Assembly: GCA_963822835.1 (NCBI GenBank) | Contig: CAWGIZ010000010.1 | Coordinates: 29,252 to 93,251, forward strand | Length of the DNA: 64,000 bases | From: an uncultured Alphaproteobacteria bacterium | GTDB taxonomy: Bacteria > Pseudomonadota > Alphaproteobacteria > CAVTAV01 | Direction: 5' to 3' | Shown here: positions 1 through 13,795 of the stretch, piece by piece | Numbering within the stretch: the first letter of the stretch is position 1 | How the letters are laid out: every line of letters starts with the position of its first letter | Notes under the pieces: generated by a model | Database searches by the model: none | Told to the model about the DNA's origin: nothing | Seen by the model: the letters and a program-made list of their open reading frames with translations, nothing else | Program-made: the position numbers and the translations under genes

Positions 1-1
1 A

Positions 2-1702
2 ATCGATGCCCTGGACGGCGTGATGGGCCGTGCGGTCGACCGCGGGGGCATCCAGTTTCGCATGCTCAACAGGCGGAAGGGCCCGGCGGTCAGGGGTCCG
101 CGGGCGCAGGCGGACCGGAAACTGTATGCGGCGGCCGTTCAGGACATTCTGCGGGAATATGAAGCGCTGGAAATTCTGGCGGCGAGCGTCGAGGATCTTG
201 ATCGTCGCCGAAGAGGGCGGAAAGCCGGTCGTTCGAGGCGTTGTGACAGGCGATGGGCGCGAAATTCGGGCGCACGCGGTGGTTCTGACGACGGGGACGT
301 TCCTCAGGGGTCTGATTCATATCGGCGAGAAGAAGGTTTCGGCGGGACGATACGGCGAGGCGCCCGCGATCGGGCTTTCGGACACCATTCGGGGCTTGGG
401 CTTTTCGGTTGGCAGGCTCAAGACCGGCACGCCGCCAAGGCTTGACGGCAGGACGATCGATTGGGCGGCGCTCGAAATTCAGGAAGGCGACGATCCCGCG
501 ATCCCGTTTTCGTTTCTGACGGATCGGATCACGACGCCGCAGATTTCCTGTCATATCACCACGACGACCGAAGCCGGGCATGCCCTGATCCGGGAGAATT
601 TGCACCGGGCGCCGCTTTATTCGGGCCAGATCGAAGGAACCGGCCCGCGCTATTGTCCGTCCATCGAGGATAAGGTCGTCCGGTTCAAGGAACGGGCGGG
701 ACATCAGATCTTTCTGGAGCCGGAAGGGCTGGACGACGACACGATCTATCCGAACGGCATTTCGACCTCGCTGCCGGAGGACGTGCAGCGGGCGCTGGTT
801 GCGAGCATCCCGGGCCTTGAAAAGGCGCTGATCAAGCGTCTTGGCTACGCGATCGAGTACGACTTCGTCGATCCCCGCGAGCTGATGCCGACACTGGAAA
901 CGCGCCGGGTGTCGGGGCTCTATCTCGCTGGTCAGATCAACGGCACGACCGGTTATGAGGAAGCGGCAGGGCAGGGGCTCGTTGCCGGCCTCAACGCAGC
1001 GCTCGCCGCCGGCGGGTCCGAGCCGTTCGTGCTGGACCGGGCCGAGGCCTATATCGGCGTGATGATCGACGATCTGATCACGCGCGGGACGGCCGAGCCC
1101 TATCGCATGTTTACCTCCCGCGCCGAATACCGGCTGCGGCTTCGGGCCGACAACGCGGATCAGAGACTGACCCCGCGCGGTATCGAGGCGGGTTGTGTCG
1201 GGGTGCGGCGCCGGGAGGCTTTCGGGACCAAGGCAGACGGAACTCCTGGAAGGCCGTAAGTTACTGGAAAATAATTCGATTTCTCCTTCCGAGGCCGGAC
1301 GGCACGGGATCAGGATCGTGCAGGACGGACAGCGCCGTTCGGGGTTCGAGTTGCTGGCCTATCCCGATGTGACGGTGGCGACCTTGGCGGGGATCTGGCC
1401 GGAATTGGGCTCGATCCGTCCGGCGATCGTCGAACAGCTGGAGATCGATGCGAAATACCGGTCCTATGTCGAGCGGCAGGAGGCGGATGTCGAGGCGTAC
1501 CGGAAAGATGAGGCGCTGGTGATCCCGGTCGGAGCTTTCCTACGCGGCGATCGGGGGGCTCTCCACCGAGGTGCGCGAGAAGCTCGAGCGCGCCCGTCCG
1601 GCGACACTCGGTGCGGCGGCGCGGATCCCCGGCGTGACACCGGCAGCCGTGATGTCGTTGCTGGTGCATGTCCGGCGCGGCGGGTGGCGGCGCAGCGCGT
1701 GA
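2..1702 (+). pseudogene. mnmG: tRNA uridine 5-carboxymethylaminomethyl modification enzyme MnmG/GidA; 5' end off-window, reading frame broken about 3 times as assembled
   Basis: Pieces in three frames join into one MnmG sequence ([23 protein letters not shown]; [14 protein letters not shown]; [21 protein letters not shown]; C-term [33 protein letters not shown]). Frame breaks near 200, 1235 and 1535. TGA at 1700-1702. Confidence 0.9.
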
Positions 1703-2401
1703 CCGGACCCGCGGCTCAACCGATTTTCGGTCCTGAAGAGTTTCGCCGGGCGACCGGTGTTCCACGTGGAACACTGGAGCAGCTCGAACGCTATGCCGAG
1801 CATCTCGTCACCTGGCAGAAACGATTGAACCTCGTCGCGCCGTCGACCATTCCCGATCTCTGGCGCCGCCATATGCTCGATTCGGCCCAGCTCTATCCCT
1901 TGATCAAGGACACAGGCCTCGTTGCGCCCGAGCGGCCGCTGGTCGATCTCGGAAGCGGAGCCGGGTTTCCCGGCCTGGTTCTGTCGATCATGGGTATCCG
2001 TCCGGCGATTCTCGTCGAATCGGATTCGCGAAAATGCGCGTTTTTGCGGGAAGCGATTCGGGTCAGCGAGGTGAACAAGAATCGAGTCGCGACCGATTCT
2101 GTGGATATCTTCCGCAACCGCATCGAGAACTCTGGCCCCGAGACCCGCCGGCGTGATCACCGCCCGCGCTCTCGCGCCACTGAAGGAACTCCTTGTCTTC
2201 GCAGAGTCTTTTCTCACTACAGATAGTATTTGCGTGTTTTTGAAGGGACAAGATGTAGAGGCTGAATTGACCGAGGCTACTAAATACTGGAAGATGGACG
2301 TCGATAAAGTTCCCAGCCAGACAGATCCTGCAGGAACGATTTTGTGCTTGAGAGGAGTGCATCGTGTCGGACGTCCTGAGTCGGCCAAGTCAGCCAAATA
2401 A
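1699..2401 (+). pseudogene. rsmG: 16S rRNA (guanine527-N7)-methyltransferase RsmG/GidB; one frame break as assembled
   Basis: GTG 1699 overlaps the mnmG stop (GTGA). SAM-binding motif VDLGSGAGFPGLVLSI. Frame switches near 2140 (..NRIENS | GVITARALAPLKELLVFAE..). Canonical position between mnmG and parA. Confidence 0.85.
1757..1774. promoter_or_regulatory. parS: parS-type centromere site (perfect 18-bp palindrome GTGTTCCACGTGGAACAC)
   Basis: Read directly. The 16-bp core TGTTCCACGTGGAACA differs from the ParB-binding consensus TGTTTCACGTGAAACA only at the symmetric T/C-A/G pair. It lies 0.6 kb upstream of parAB, inside rsmG. Confidence 0.7.
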
Positions 2402-3266
2402 TCAATCCGCTCAACCGGTTAACACCCAAATGGTGAGCGACGGCTCGCGTGCGCTGAGAAAGCGCGCCGGCCAGACCAAGATTCTGGTGGTTGCCAATCA
2501 GAAGGGCGGCGTCGGCAAGACAACGACCGCCATCAATCTGGCAACCGCGCTTGCCGCCGTCGGCCGCCGGGTGCTGATCCTGGATCTCGATCCCCAGGGC
2601 AATGCCAGTACGGGCCTCGGCATCGATCGCGTGAACCGCACGGTCTCCACTTATGAAGTGTTGCTCGGCTCGGCGAGCGTCGTCGAAGCGGCGGTGCACA
2701 GCAATATTCCGGGTCTCGATATCGTTCCGTCGACGGTCGACTTGTCCGGCGCCGAAATCGAGCTGATCGATCTGCCGCAGCGTTCCTATCGGCTGCGCGC
2801 GGCGCTCGACTCCGCGATCGGATCCGAGGGCGGCCTTCCTTATGACTATGTGCTGATCGACTGCCCGCCGTCGCTGAACCTCCTGACGCTGAACGCCCTC
2901 GTGGCGTCGGACAGCGTGCTGGTGCCGCTGCAGTGCGAATTCTTCGCGCTTGAAGGCTTGAGCCTGCTGCTCCGCACGGTTGAGCGCGTGCGGTCGGCCT
3001 ACAACCCGGATCTCGAAATCCAGGGCGTCGTGCTGACCATGTTCGATGTGCGCAACCGCCTGTCGGATCAGGTCGCGGCGGACGTCCGCAGCTATCTCGG
3101 CGACAAGGTGTACAATACCGTCATTCCGCGCAATGTGCGGATTTCGGAAGCGCCGTCCCATGGCAAGCCGGCGCTTCTCTATGATTATCGCTGCGCCGGA
3201 AGCCAGGCCTATATCAAGCTCGCGGGCGAGATCATCCGCCGCGAAAACCGTCCCCACGCAGCCTAG
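2364..3266 (+). CDS. parA: chromosome partitioning ATPase ParA
   Basis: Intact 300-aa ORF with deviant Walker A KILVVANQKGGVGKTTTAINLA, followed by parB. GTG start at 2364; an internal Met near 2430 is an alternative start. Confidence 0.93.
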   Translation: MSDVLSRPSQPNNQSAQPVNTQMVSDGSRALRKRAGQTKILVVANQKGGVGKTTTAINLATALAAVGRRVLILDLDPQGNASTGLGIDRVNRTVSTYEVLLGSASVVEAAVHSNIPGLDIVPSTVDLSGAEIELIDLPQRSYRLRAALDSAIGSEGGLPYDYVLIDCPPSLNLLTLNALVASDSVLVPLQCEFFALEGLSLLLRTVERVRSAYNPDLEIQGVVLTMFDVRNRLSDQVAADVRSYLGDKVYNTVIPRNVRISEAPSHGKPALLYDYRCAGSQAYIKLAGEIIRRENRPHAA

Positions 3267-3277
3267 AGCGAAGTCAG

Positions 3278-4198
3278 ATGAGTATCGACATGGTAGAAGG
3301 AAAATCCCGCCGCCCGATCGGTCTCGGCCGGGGCCTCTCGGCCCTCCTGGGAGATGAAGCGGCACCATCGGTTCCGGTGGCGAGCAGCGCGCCGGCCGGA
3401 GAGGCGAACAGCGGGGGCGAGACGCGCATCCCGATCGAGTTTCTGCGGCCCAACCGATATCAGCCAAGAACCTATTTCGACATCGAAACGATCCGCGATC
3501 TCGCGGCATCGATTCAGGAACAGGGCATTCTCCAGCCGATCCTGGTACGGCCGGTAAAGGGCGAACACGACGCCTATGAAATCATCGCCGGCGAACGCCG
3601 GTGGCGCGCCGCCCAGACCGCCCAGCTTCACGAGGTGCCGGTCATCATCCGCTCGATGACGGATTCGGAAGCCCTCGAAGTCGCGCTGATCGAAAATATC
3701 CAGCGCGAAAACCTGAACGCGATCGAAGAGGCGCTGGCCTATCGCCGGCTGCAGCGCGAGTTCGGCTATACGCAGGACCAGCTGTCGGACGCGGTCGGCA
3801 AGAGCCGCAGCCATGTCGCCAATCTGATGCGGCTGCTCGATCTGCCGCAGGTGGTTCAGGATATGGTGGCCGACGGCAAGCTCAGCATGGGCCACGCCCG
3901 CGCGCTGGTGACGGCGGCCGATCCCGCCGCGCTCGCCAAGCAAGTCGTCGCCAAGGGCCTCAATGTCCGCCAGACCGAACAGCTCGCGCAGCGCGCGGAT
4001 GCGGACAGGCCCGCCGCCAAGGCGAAGCCGCAGAAGGATGTGAACACGCTCGAACTGGAGCGTGACATCTCCTCGGCTCTCGGCCTCACGGTCGCGATCT
4101 CGGACAAGGGCAAGGGCGGTCAGGTCCTGATCCGCTATACGACGCTCGATCAGCTCGACGAAGTCTGCCGCCGGCTCTGCCATCACATCGACGACTAG
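3278..4198 (+). CDS. parB: chromosome partitioning protein ParB (parS-binding, CTP-dependent clamp family)
   Basis: Intact 306-aa ORF with ParB box motifs IPIEFLRPNRYQPR and IIAGERRWRAA, and HTH QDQLSDAVGKSRSHVANLMRLL. Confidence 0.93.
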   Translation: MSIDMVEGKSRRPIGLGRGLSALLGDEAAPSVPVASSAPAGEANSGGETRIPIEFLRPNRYQPRTYFDIETIRDLAASIQEQGILQPILVRPVKGEHDAYEIIAGERRWRAAQTAQLHEVPVIIRSMTDSEALEVALIENIQRENLNAIEEALAYRRLQREFGYTQDQLSDAVGKSRSHVANLMRLLDLPQVVQDMVADGKLSMGHARALVTAADPAALAKQVVAKGLNVRQTEQLAQRADADRPAAKAKPQKDVNTLELERDISSALGLTVAISDKGKGGQVLIRYTTLDQLDEVCRRLCHHIDD

Positions 4199-4228
4199 AG
4201 CCGAAAACGGGTCATCGTCCTCCGGCCG

Positions 4229-5306
4229 TCAGGCCCGCGCCGCGCGGGCGGCGGCCGCGAGCGCGATGCATTCCCGGCTGCAGATCGCTTCCGCCGGCAG
4301 GCCGGTCGTCTTGCACTGAACCTCGGCGCGGATCAGCCGTTCGAGCGCCGCGCCGATCTTCAGGCCGGCCACAGCCGTAATTGACGCTCGAAATTCGCCC
4401 GTTCCTTGAAAAAGACCGGCGGCCGCATGGCGGCAATCGCCTGGCTCGGCGGTTTCGCCCTTGGCAACCAGCCCGGCCGCCCGGTGAAGACGCTGAAAAT
4501 GGCGCATCACCGCCCGCAGCACCATGACCGGCTGCTCGCCTTCATCGAACAGGCGGGCAAGATCCCGGTCGAGCGCCGGTACGTCGCCATCCGCCACGGC
4601 CCGGACCACATTATCGAGCGCCAGAGCGGCCACATCGCCGATACAGGCGCGGACATCGTCCAGCGTCACGGGGCGCTTTCCGGTCCGCCCGTTGCTTTCC
4701 GCCAGCGGCCGTCGCCCTTGTACAGCACCAGCTTTTCGATCTCGCGCCGGGAGATCTGGCGGTCGGCGCCGAGATGGGCCGACCAGAAAATCGAGCGCGT
4801 CCTGCTCGGCGGCGAGCCCGGCGACGGCCAGCTCGTCCGAGAATCATGGATTCGAGACTGCCGGCATCGTCCGCGTAGCAGGGGATGGCGGGCGAAAGCT
4901 TGGCGTCCTCGAAGGCCTTGCGCAGCGAGGAGCGGGGCCCGAGATCGCCCGCGCTGACGATGACGAGCGAGACCGGCGCGCCCTTCGTCGCGTCGCAGTC
5001 CTCAAGAAACTTCCCCATGGGTGCGCCGAGCGCATCGGTAGCACCGGAAATCAGCACGACGCGCTTTCCTCCGATCATGGACAGCGCCTGCGCCTCGTCG
5101 TGAAGCCGCGCCGGATCGTCCTTGATGTCCGAAAGCTCAAGCGTCGCGACGCGGAACGGATCCTTGAGATCGCCGGCGACCGCCTTGCCGAGCATCTGGG
5201 TCCGCTCGCGCACCAGCCCCTCGTCCGGACCATAGATCAGCACGGCCGGTGCGGAGTCGCTCGGCTTTCTGAGGAAAGCCGCTATTTCCGAAGGCTTCAG
5301 CTTCAC
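4229..5306 (-). pseudogene. holA: DNA polymerase III delta subunit HolA; at least 5 frame breaks as assembled
   Basis: N-term MKLKPSEIAAFLRKPSDSAPAVLIYGPDEGLV. The middle reads only after frame changes (DELAVAGLAAEQDALDFLVG / LGADRQISRREIEKLVLYKG / VTLDDVRACIGD / QAIAAMRPPVFFKERANFERQL / KIGAALERLIRAEVQCKTTG). Conserved holA-lptE-leuS order. Confidence 0.85.
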
Positions 5307-5317
5307 GACGTCTGACC

Positions 5318-5847
5318 CTATTTGCCCGAGCTGGCTGAATAGCGGGTGCCGTATTCCTGGAAATGAGCGGCGAGCTGCAGGACGATCTGGTTGGCGACGT
5401 CGATCGCCATGCGCTCCTCGCCGTCGCGCTCCGCGGTCAGGGTCGAAAAGTCCTTCTGGACGACGTCGAAGGACGCGATCGAATTGCCCGAGCCTGAAAA
5501 GACCACTTTGTCGGCGGAATCGCGCAGCAAATAGGTCGCGTTCAGGCGCAGATTCACGCGGGTGATGGACTCGTCCCGGCGGTAGCCGACGCCCTGGCGA
5601 TGCAGGTCCAGCTTGACCTCGAGCCGGTAATCCGGCGCGCCGGGCTCGCCTTCGGGATTGATCTGATCGAGCAGGGTGTTGCGGACCTGCTGCCCGATCC
5701 GGTCCGGGATCGGCGCGATCTGGATGCGCGCGAGATCGGCCGGAAGATTGCGGGTGCCGCCATCCGAGCCGTAAAGCGGCTGAAATCCGCAGGCGCCAAG
5801 CATCGGCGTGATGAATAGAACCAGGAAAAGGGCCCTGACCGCCGCGC

Positions 5848-5851
<4 letters not shown>
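5318..5851 (-). CDS. lptE: LPS-assembly lipoprotein LptE
   Basis: Intact 177 aa. Lipobox signal [10 protein letters not shown]|GF. Start overlaps the leuS stop by 4 nt, the usual leuS-lptE-holA arrangement. Confidence 0.8.
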
Positions 5852-8543
<2,692 letters not shown>

Positions 8544-8615
8544 TTACTTGCCTGACGGCGCCCGTTTCAAAGCCGCGGCTCCGGCGCCGGCCCCGTCGCC
8601 ATCGATGGCCTCCGA

Positions 8616-9104
8616 TCAGCCGTTATCGATCTCGCGCAGGCGGAGTTGCCGGGCCATGGTGAGGATGGCGTCCTCGATCTTGTCCGCCGTGCCCGGCTGG
8701 GTCGTCGGCCGACGACCCAGAGCGCCGGTCTGGTTCCGGACCTGGCGGAACACCGAAACCCGCAGCGTGTCGGCTCTCAGATCGCGACCGAGAATGAAGA
8801 CCTCGACCTTGACCCGCTCGTTCTGAACATCGGGCGCGGAATACCAGTCCGACAGGATTACGCCCGGCGACGGGATCGGCCTTGCTGAGCGGCATGAATT
8901 TGAGCGTTTCGAGGCTGGCGCGCCATAGCAGGCCGTTGACGCGGGATGCCGGTCCCGAAGCTTCTCGCCGAGGCGAAAAACCGCGTGCCGAACGGATCCT
9001 CGCCTTCCTTGCCTTTGATGCGCGCAACCCGCGACGAGAACGGCACAAAACAGACCGGTCAACGCCATCCGCGCGGCGCCATGCGTCAAAACCCTAAAAT
9101 TCAT
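8616..9104 (-). pseudogene. DUF3576-family lipoprotein; about 3 frame breaks as assembled
   Basis: Signal/lipobox MNFRVLTHGAARMALTGLFCAVLVAGC. DUF3576-like blocks sit in other frames (NGLLWRASLETLKFMPLSKADP; VILSDWYSAPDVQNERVKVEVFILGRDLRADTLRVSVF). Usual neighbour of leuS in this order. Confidence 0.65.
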
Positions 9105-9439
9105 CGCCGATACGCTCCAATTCAACCGGCTTTCCGGTGCACTGTCACGATCCCGGAGACCGTCCGCCCTTTTACCGGTCCGGCGGGCAAAGAACAACAT
9201 CCTTCCGTCTGCGGTTCTCTTCCGGAAGGGCTTGCCGGCCCGCTTCATCCACAGCGCGCCCGGTCAAAACCGTAATCGAAATGTAACCAGAGTCCAAGAA
9301 AAATGAGAAATCGCGCCCAAATCCTGAATTATCGTGGCCAAACTCTTGATTTGTTAGGCGTTCTGAGGTGTACTAATACTGACTAATAAGCTCTCCGAGT
9401 ACGCCCGTGACGCGGAGAGCATAGGGATGGAAATAAGAC

Positions 9440-10499
9440 ATGCGGGAGAGTGGCAAAACCTCAAAGCGCATAGGCTTCGTCGCCGCCGGCCTTCTGGCCT
9501 GCCTCGCGACGACAAGCCTGACAGCGCCTGCTTACGCCGCCGGCAAGGGCGACGAGAGCCGGGGGTTTGCCGGAATTCTCCACATGTTCAACATCTTCTC
9601 GAGACACAAGGACGACGCGCCCAAGGCCGTCGAGCAACCGGCACCGGCCTCGTCCGATCGCCAAGGTGACCGTGACGAGCGACGCGGACGGCTCGACCAT
9701 GGGCATCGAGATCCCGCTCGACGATCCGGCCTCGCTCGCCAAGGGCGACGGCGCCTTCGTCTATCTGGAGACCGGGTCGAGCGCCGTGGATGCCGGCACG
9801 CTCAACAATCCGCTTCCCAAAACCATCGGCCAGTCCTCGACGTCGAACGCGGCGACATCGCTCGCCACGCGGGCCGCGACCTTCGGCGGCGCGGCGGCGG
9901 GCAGCGTTCCGTCTTCGCACGCTGTGGTGGACGGACTGCAGCCCGGATCGGTCTGGTCGTTCACGCCGCGCTACGCGACGCTGAATTTCGGCATTTCCTA
10001 TTTGTCGGACGGGACGGTCGAGGGCGACCGCAAGGGATTCGAAATCGGCGTCACCTCGTCCTTCCTGCGCAGCGATGTGTCGGGCGGGCTGAAGGGCGCG
10101 TTCCTCAATGCGCCGCTGCTGGGCACCGACCGCAAGATTTCCAATCTCGGCGTTCATCTCGGCTATGCGGGCGTGACTTTCGGCGCCTCGCTGCAGCGGG
10201 ACCGGACCGAGCTCGTGGGAACCCGGTCGGGTTACGATGTCGGCGTGAATTATCGCCGCGGCGCGTTCTCGACCAGCCTGCAGTTCTCGTCGACCACCAA
10301 TCAGAGCAGCAAGGGCCTGTTGTTCCGGGTCAATCCCGACAACCGCATCTACGCCTTCGAATTCGGCGCAGCCTATAATCTGCGTCCCGGCATCAGCTTC
10401 GGCGGCGGGCTGCAGTATTTCAATTACAACAGCGTGACGCTGACGCCCGAAAACGACGAGGCGGCGGTCGTCTTCTTTGGCGGTAACGTCAACTTCTAA
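9440..10499 (+). pseudogene. outer-membrane beta-barrel (porin-like) protein; one frame break near 9655
   Basis: Signal peptide MRESGKTSKRIGFVAAGLLACLATTSLTAPAYA. After the frame change there are alternating beta-strand-like segments and a terminal aromatic (..AVVFFGGNVNF). AT-rich 190-bp upstream region. Confidence 0.6.
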
Positions 10500-10514
10500 A
10501 CCCCCGCTTTCCGT

Positions 10515-11208
10515 CTAGATCTTGTGCGCCGGGGCGAATGCGCCGATCGCCGCGATACCTGCCGCGCCGCTGCCGCCAAGACGCCGCGCCGTCGCCGCCG
10601 TCACCCCGCCGAGGGCATAGACCGGTATTTCAGACGCCTGAACGAGCCGCGCGAACCGCAGCGGTCCGATACCCGGCGCGCCGGCATGGCTGTCGGTCGG
10701 GAAGACGGGGGACACCAGCGCCGCGTCCGCGCCGACGATTTTGGCTCGATGCAGCGCCGGCGAGGAATGGGCGGCCACACTGATCAGCCATCCCGGCCGC
10801 CGCTGGCGCCAGGCCCGGGCCCGGCGGGCAAGACCTTCGGGAAAGTGGACGCCGTCCGCCCGGATACGGGCCGCCAGCGCGCCCGATCCCGCCACCAGCA
10901 GCAAGACCCCGCGCCGGCGGCATTCGCGGAGCAGAAGCCGGGCCAGCCGCTCGCGGTCGGGATGGTCGGTAATCGCGCAGGATCACGGCGGATCCTTCGG
11001 GGAGCGCCTTGACGGCAGCCACAGGATCCTTGAGACGTTTCGAGTCCGTAACCATGATCAGCGCCGGAAGAGGCACGCCGTCGCGGGCGCGCCGGCGGGC
11101 GGCTGTGCAATTGAGCTTCCGCGCGTGCTTTGCTAGGGTCGCGACCGCGTTCAGGGGAGATCTCCCGCAATCCGGACGAGGGCGCGCGCGCCCAAGGAGT
11201 TCAGACAA
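10515..11208 (-). pseudogene. thiamine-phosphate synthase (ThiE/TenI) family protein; one frame break near 10975
   Basis: LPALIMVTDSKRLKDPVAAVKALPEGSAVILRDY joins, after a frame change, to ..LLVAGSGALAARIRADGVHFPE..VSPVFPT..PVYALGGV. Start uncertain: ATG 11208 or GTG 11076. Confidence 0.6.
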
Positions 11209-11210
11209 GC

Positions 11211-11904
11211 GTGACGGATGTTACCGCCAATCTCAAAGCGATCAAGGCGCGGGTCCGCGCGGCCGAGGCCGCCGCCGGCCGGTCGCCCGGGTTCGGCAGA
11301 ACTCGTCGCGGTCGTCCAAAACTCACACCGCCGAGGAAATTCGTCCGGTGCTCGAGGCGGGTCATCGTGTCTTCGGCGAGAACCGTGTCCAGGAAGCCGC
11401 CGGCAAATGGCCCGCGCTCCGGGACGCGTTTCCCGATATCGAGCTCCATCTGATCGGGCCGCTGCAGACCAACAAGGTCGCTCAGGCCGTCGCGCTGTTC
11501 GATGTGATCCAGACGGTCGACCGGGAAAAGCTCGCGCGGGCGCTTGCCGCCGAATTCGCCCAGCACCGGCATCAGCCGCCGCGGTCTTCATCCAGGTCAA
11601 CACCGGCGACGGAGCCGCAAAAAGCCGGCATTCTGCCCGAGCGACGCCGACGCTTTCATCCGCGCCTGCGTCGAGGATCACAAGCTGAATGCTCGGGTCT
11701 CATGTGTATCCCGCCCGTCGACGAGGAGCCCGCCCTTCATTTCGCGCTGCTCGCCAAGATCGCCACGCCGCAACGGCCTTGCGAAGCCTGAGCATGGGCA
11801 TGTCGGGGGATTTCGAAACCGCCGTCCGCATGGGCGCGACCCATGTCCGGGTCGGCACGGCCATTTTCGGCGCCCGGCCAGCCGCCGCCCAGGCGTCTAT
11901 CTGA
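11211..11904 (+). pseudogene. yggS: YggS-family pyridoxal-phosphate homeostasis protein; about 4 frame breaks as assembled
   Basis: AAGGAG 11 nt upstream of GTG 11211. Tiles VTDVTANLKAIKARV / VAVSKTHTAEEIRPVLEAGHRVFGENRVQEA..LHLIGPLQTNKV / IQVNTG / LMCIPP / [28 protein letters not shown] across frames. Confidence 0.8.
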
Positions 11905-11922
11905 ATCCGGCTTCGATCTGAA

Positions 11923-12442
11923 TCAGACTTCGATCCGGATCGTGTCGCCGGGCTCGGCGTCCCGCAGAATCTCGAGCAAATCCGCTTTGGCGAGCGCGAC
12001 GCATCCTTCGGTCGGCGCGTAGTCCGGCTTGGCGCAATGCAGGAAAACAGCGCTTCCTGCGCCGGGCACCGGCGGATCGTCATTGTGGCCGAGCACCACG
12101 ACAACGTCGTAAAGCCCGTCGTCCCGCCACATCGTCTCGGCGCTGGCCGGGTAGGGCAGGATCACCGGCCGGTTATAGGCCGGATCGTCCGGTGCGTCGC
12201 ACCAGCCGTCATGACGCTCGATGGCGCGTGTGCCGAGCCCGGTTTGCGGCCGCGCGTCCCGGTCGGCGCGGTACAGAACGCGGCGCAACGGGAAGGATCC
12301 CGGCGGGTGTCGCCCGGTCGCCCTCGCGCTTGTCGGTCTTGATCCCGGCCGGGCCGAGCGCGCAAGGATAGTCACGGCCGCGCCACGTCACGGTGCCTTT
12401 GGCCTCGCCGGGGCGGGCGCGGACCTCGATCGTGCCTGTCAC
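11923..12442 (-). pseudogene. L,D-transpeptidase (YkuD) family protein; one frame break near 12300
   Basis: N-term fragment MTGTIEVRARPGEAKGTVTWRGRDYPCALGPAGIKTDKREGDRATPAG. C-term fragment carries the catalytic region GSAVFLHCAKPDYAPTEGCVAL (H..C). Confidence 0.65.
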
Positions 12443-13581
12443 AGATAGTGCCCGCTGCGCTTCTTCTTGGTCGAGAGGTAGAATTCGTTGTGATTATTGG
12501 GCGGAAAGGCGTGCGCCACCCTCTCGGCGACGGTGATTCCCGCCGCCTCGAGCGCCGCAACCTTGTCCGGATTGTTGGTCAGCAGCCGGATCGCGCCGAA
12601 GCCCAACGCCTTGAGCATCTCCGCGGCCACGATGAATTCCCGCTCGTCGGCCTTGAAGCCGAGCCGCTCGTTCGCCTCGATCGTGTCGAAGCCCTGTTCC
12701 TGCAGCCGGTAGGCCCGGAGCTTGTTGACGAGGCCGATGCCGCGGCCTTCCTGGGCGAGATAGAGCAGCACGCCCGCGCCCGCCTTGGCGATGGTCCGGA
12801 TCGCGCCCCGGAGCTGCGCGCCGCAATCGCATTTGAGCGAGCCCAGAAGATCGCCGGTCAGGCATTCCGAATGCAGCCGCACCAGATACGGGCGCGTCCG
12901 GTGCGGGCTCGCCGATCACGATGGCGAGATGCTCCGGACCGCCGTCGCGCGGCCGGAAGGCGACGATCCGCGATGCCTCGGCATCCTCGAGCGGCGACTT
13001 TGGTCGCGACCACGCGTTCGAGAAGCGGCATGGCGCCCTGATCGCGGAACCGCCTGATCTCGGCCAGGGTCACGACGGAAACGCCGCGCGCGGATGCCCA
13101 GGCCTCGGGTTCCGCCGCGTTACTGACCGCGACGGCGACGACCGCCGGCAAAAGGAGCGCCGGCCTTCACCAGGTCCATCGCGCCGCCTGACGCCGCGCT
13201 CACCGGATCGCGGGAGCGCTTGAAAGGGCCCCTGACCGTGCCGTCCAGATCATGCATCGGATCGGCAACCGCGCGGATCGCCTGGGCCGTCAATTCAGTG
13301 CCGACCGGCAGACGCAGAATGTCCTCGCCGCTTGGCGGGATATGAAGAATGGCGGCCCGGTTCGCGGTGATCAGGAGGGCAGGGCGCGCGCCGCTCCACC
13401 GGCGCAGCAGATCGAGAGACTCGTCCTGCACGAGTTCGGCCGCGAGTACGACCTCCGGCGCTTCGCTCTCCGCGCCGGCGATCAAGACGGGATCGCCGCG
13501 CCGCAAGGCCGAGATGGCGGCCTCGACACGGCGGCTCGTCGCGGGTATCGCGGGATCTGTCTGGTCCGGTTCCATACGCAT
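12439..13581 (-). pseudogene. ribA: GTP cyclohydrolase II with N-terminal DHBP-synthase-like domain (RibA/RibBA-like); at least 3 frame breaks
   Basis: C-term domain LHSECLTGDLLGSLKCDCGAQL..LYLAQEGRGIGLVNKLRAYRLQEQGFDT. The N-terminal part lies in two further fragments (13120-13581, 12858-13151). Confidence 0.8.
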
Positions 13582-13795
13582 CCGATCTTGAACCGCGGGC
13601 GGCAGACCTCATCTTCAAGGAACGGCACCCGTGGTCGCTCAACTGGCGAGGCGGATCATAGCGCGAAGACTGCTGAAAACCATATGATTCCGGGTATAGT
13701 GTGGCTCCTGTAGTGTCGTGAGCGCAGGACATTCGGCCCGGATGGGCGGCGCGGGCCTTCGGGACAAACCGTGCCCAAGGGAGTGAGGGGAGACT

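Noticed and set aside
2095-2103. DnaA-box-like TGTGGATAT inside rsmG, considered as an origin of replication near gidA-parAB
   Set aside because: It is a single 8/9 match with no box cluster or AT-rich unwinding element. Alphaproteobacterial origins are generally not at this locus.
13582-13795. FMN (RFN) riboswitch upstream of the ribA-like gene
   Set aside because: The reverse complement lacks the conserved GGGCGGGGTGAAATTCCCC and CCGGTGAAATTCCGG-type cores.
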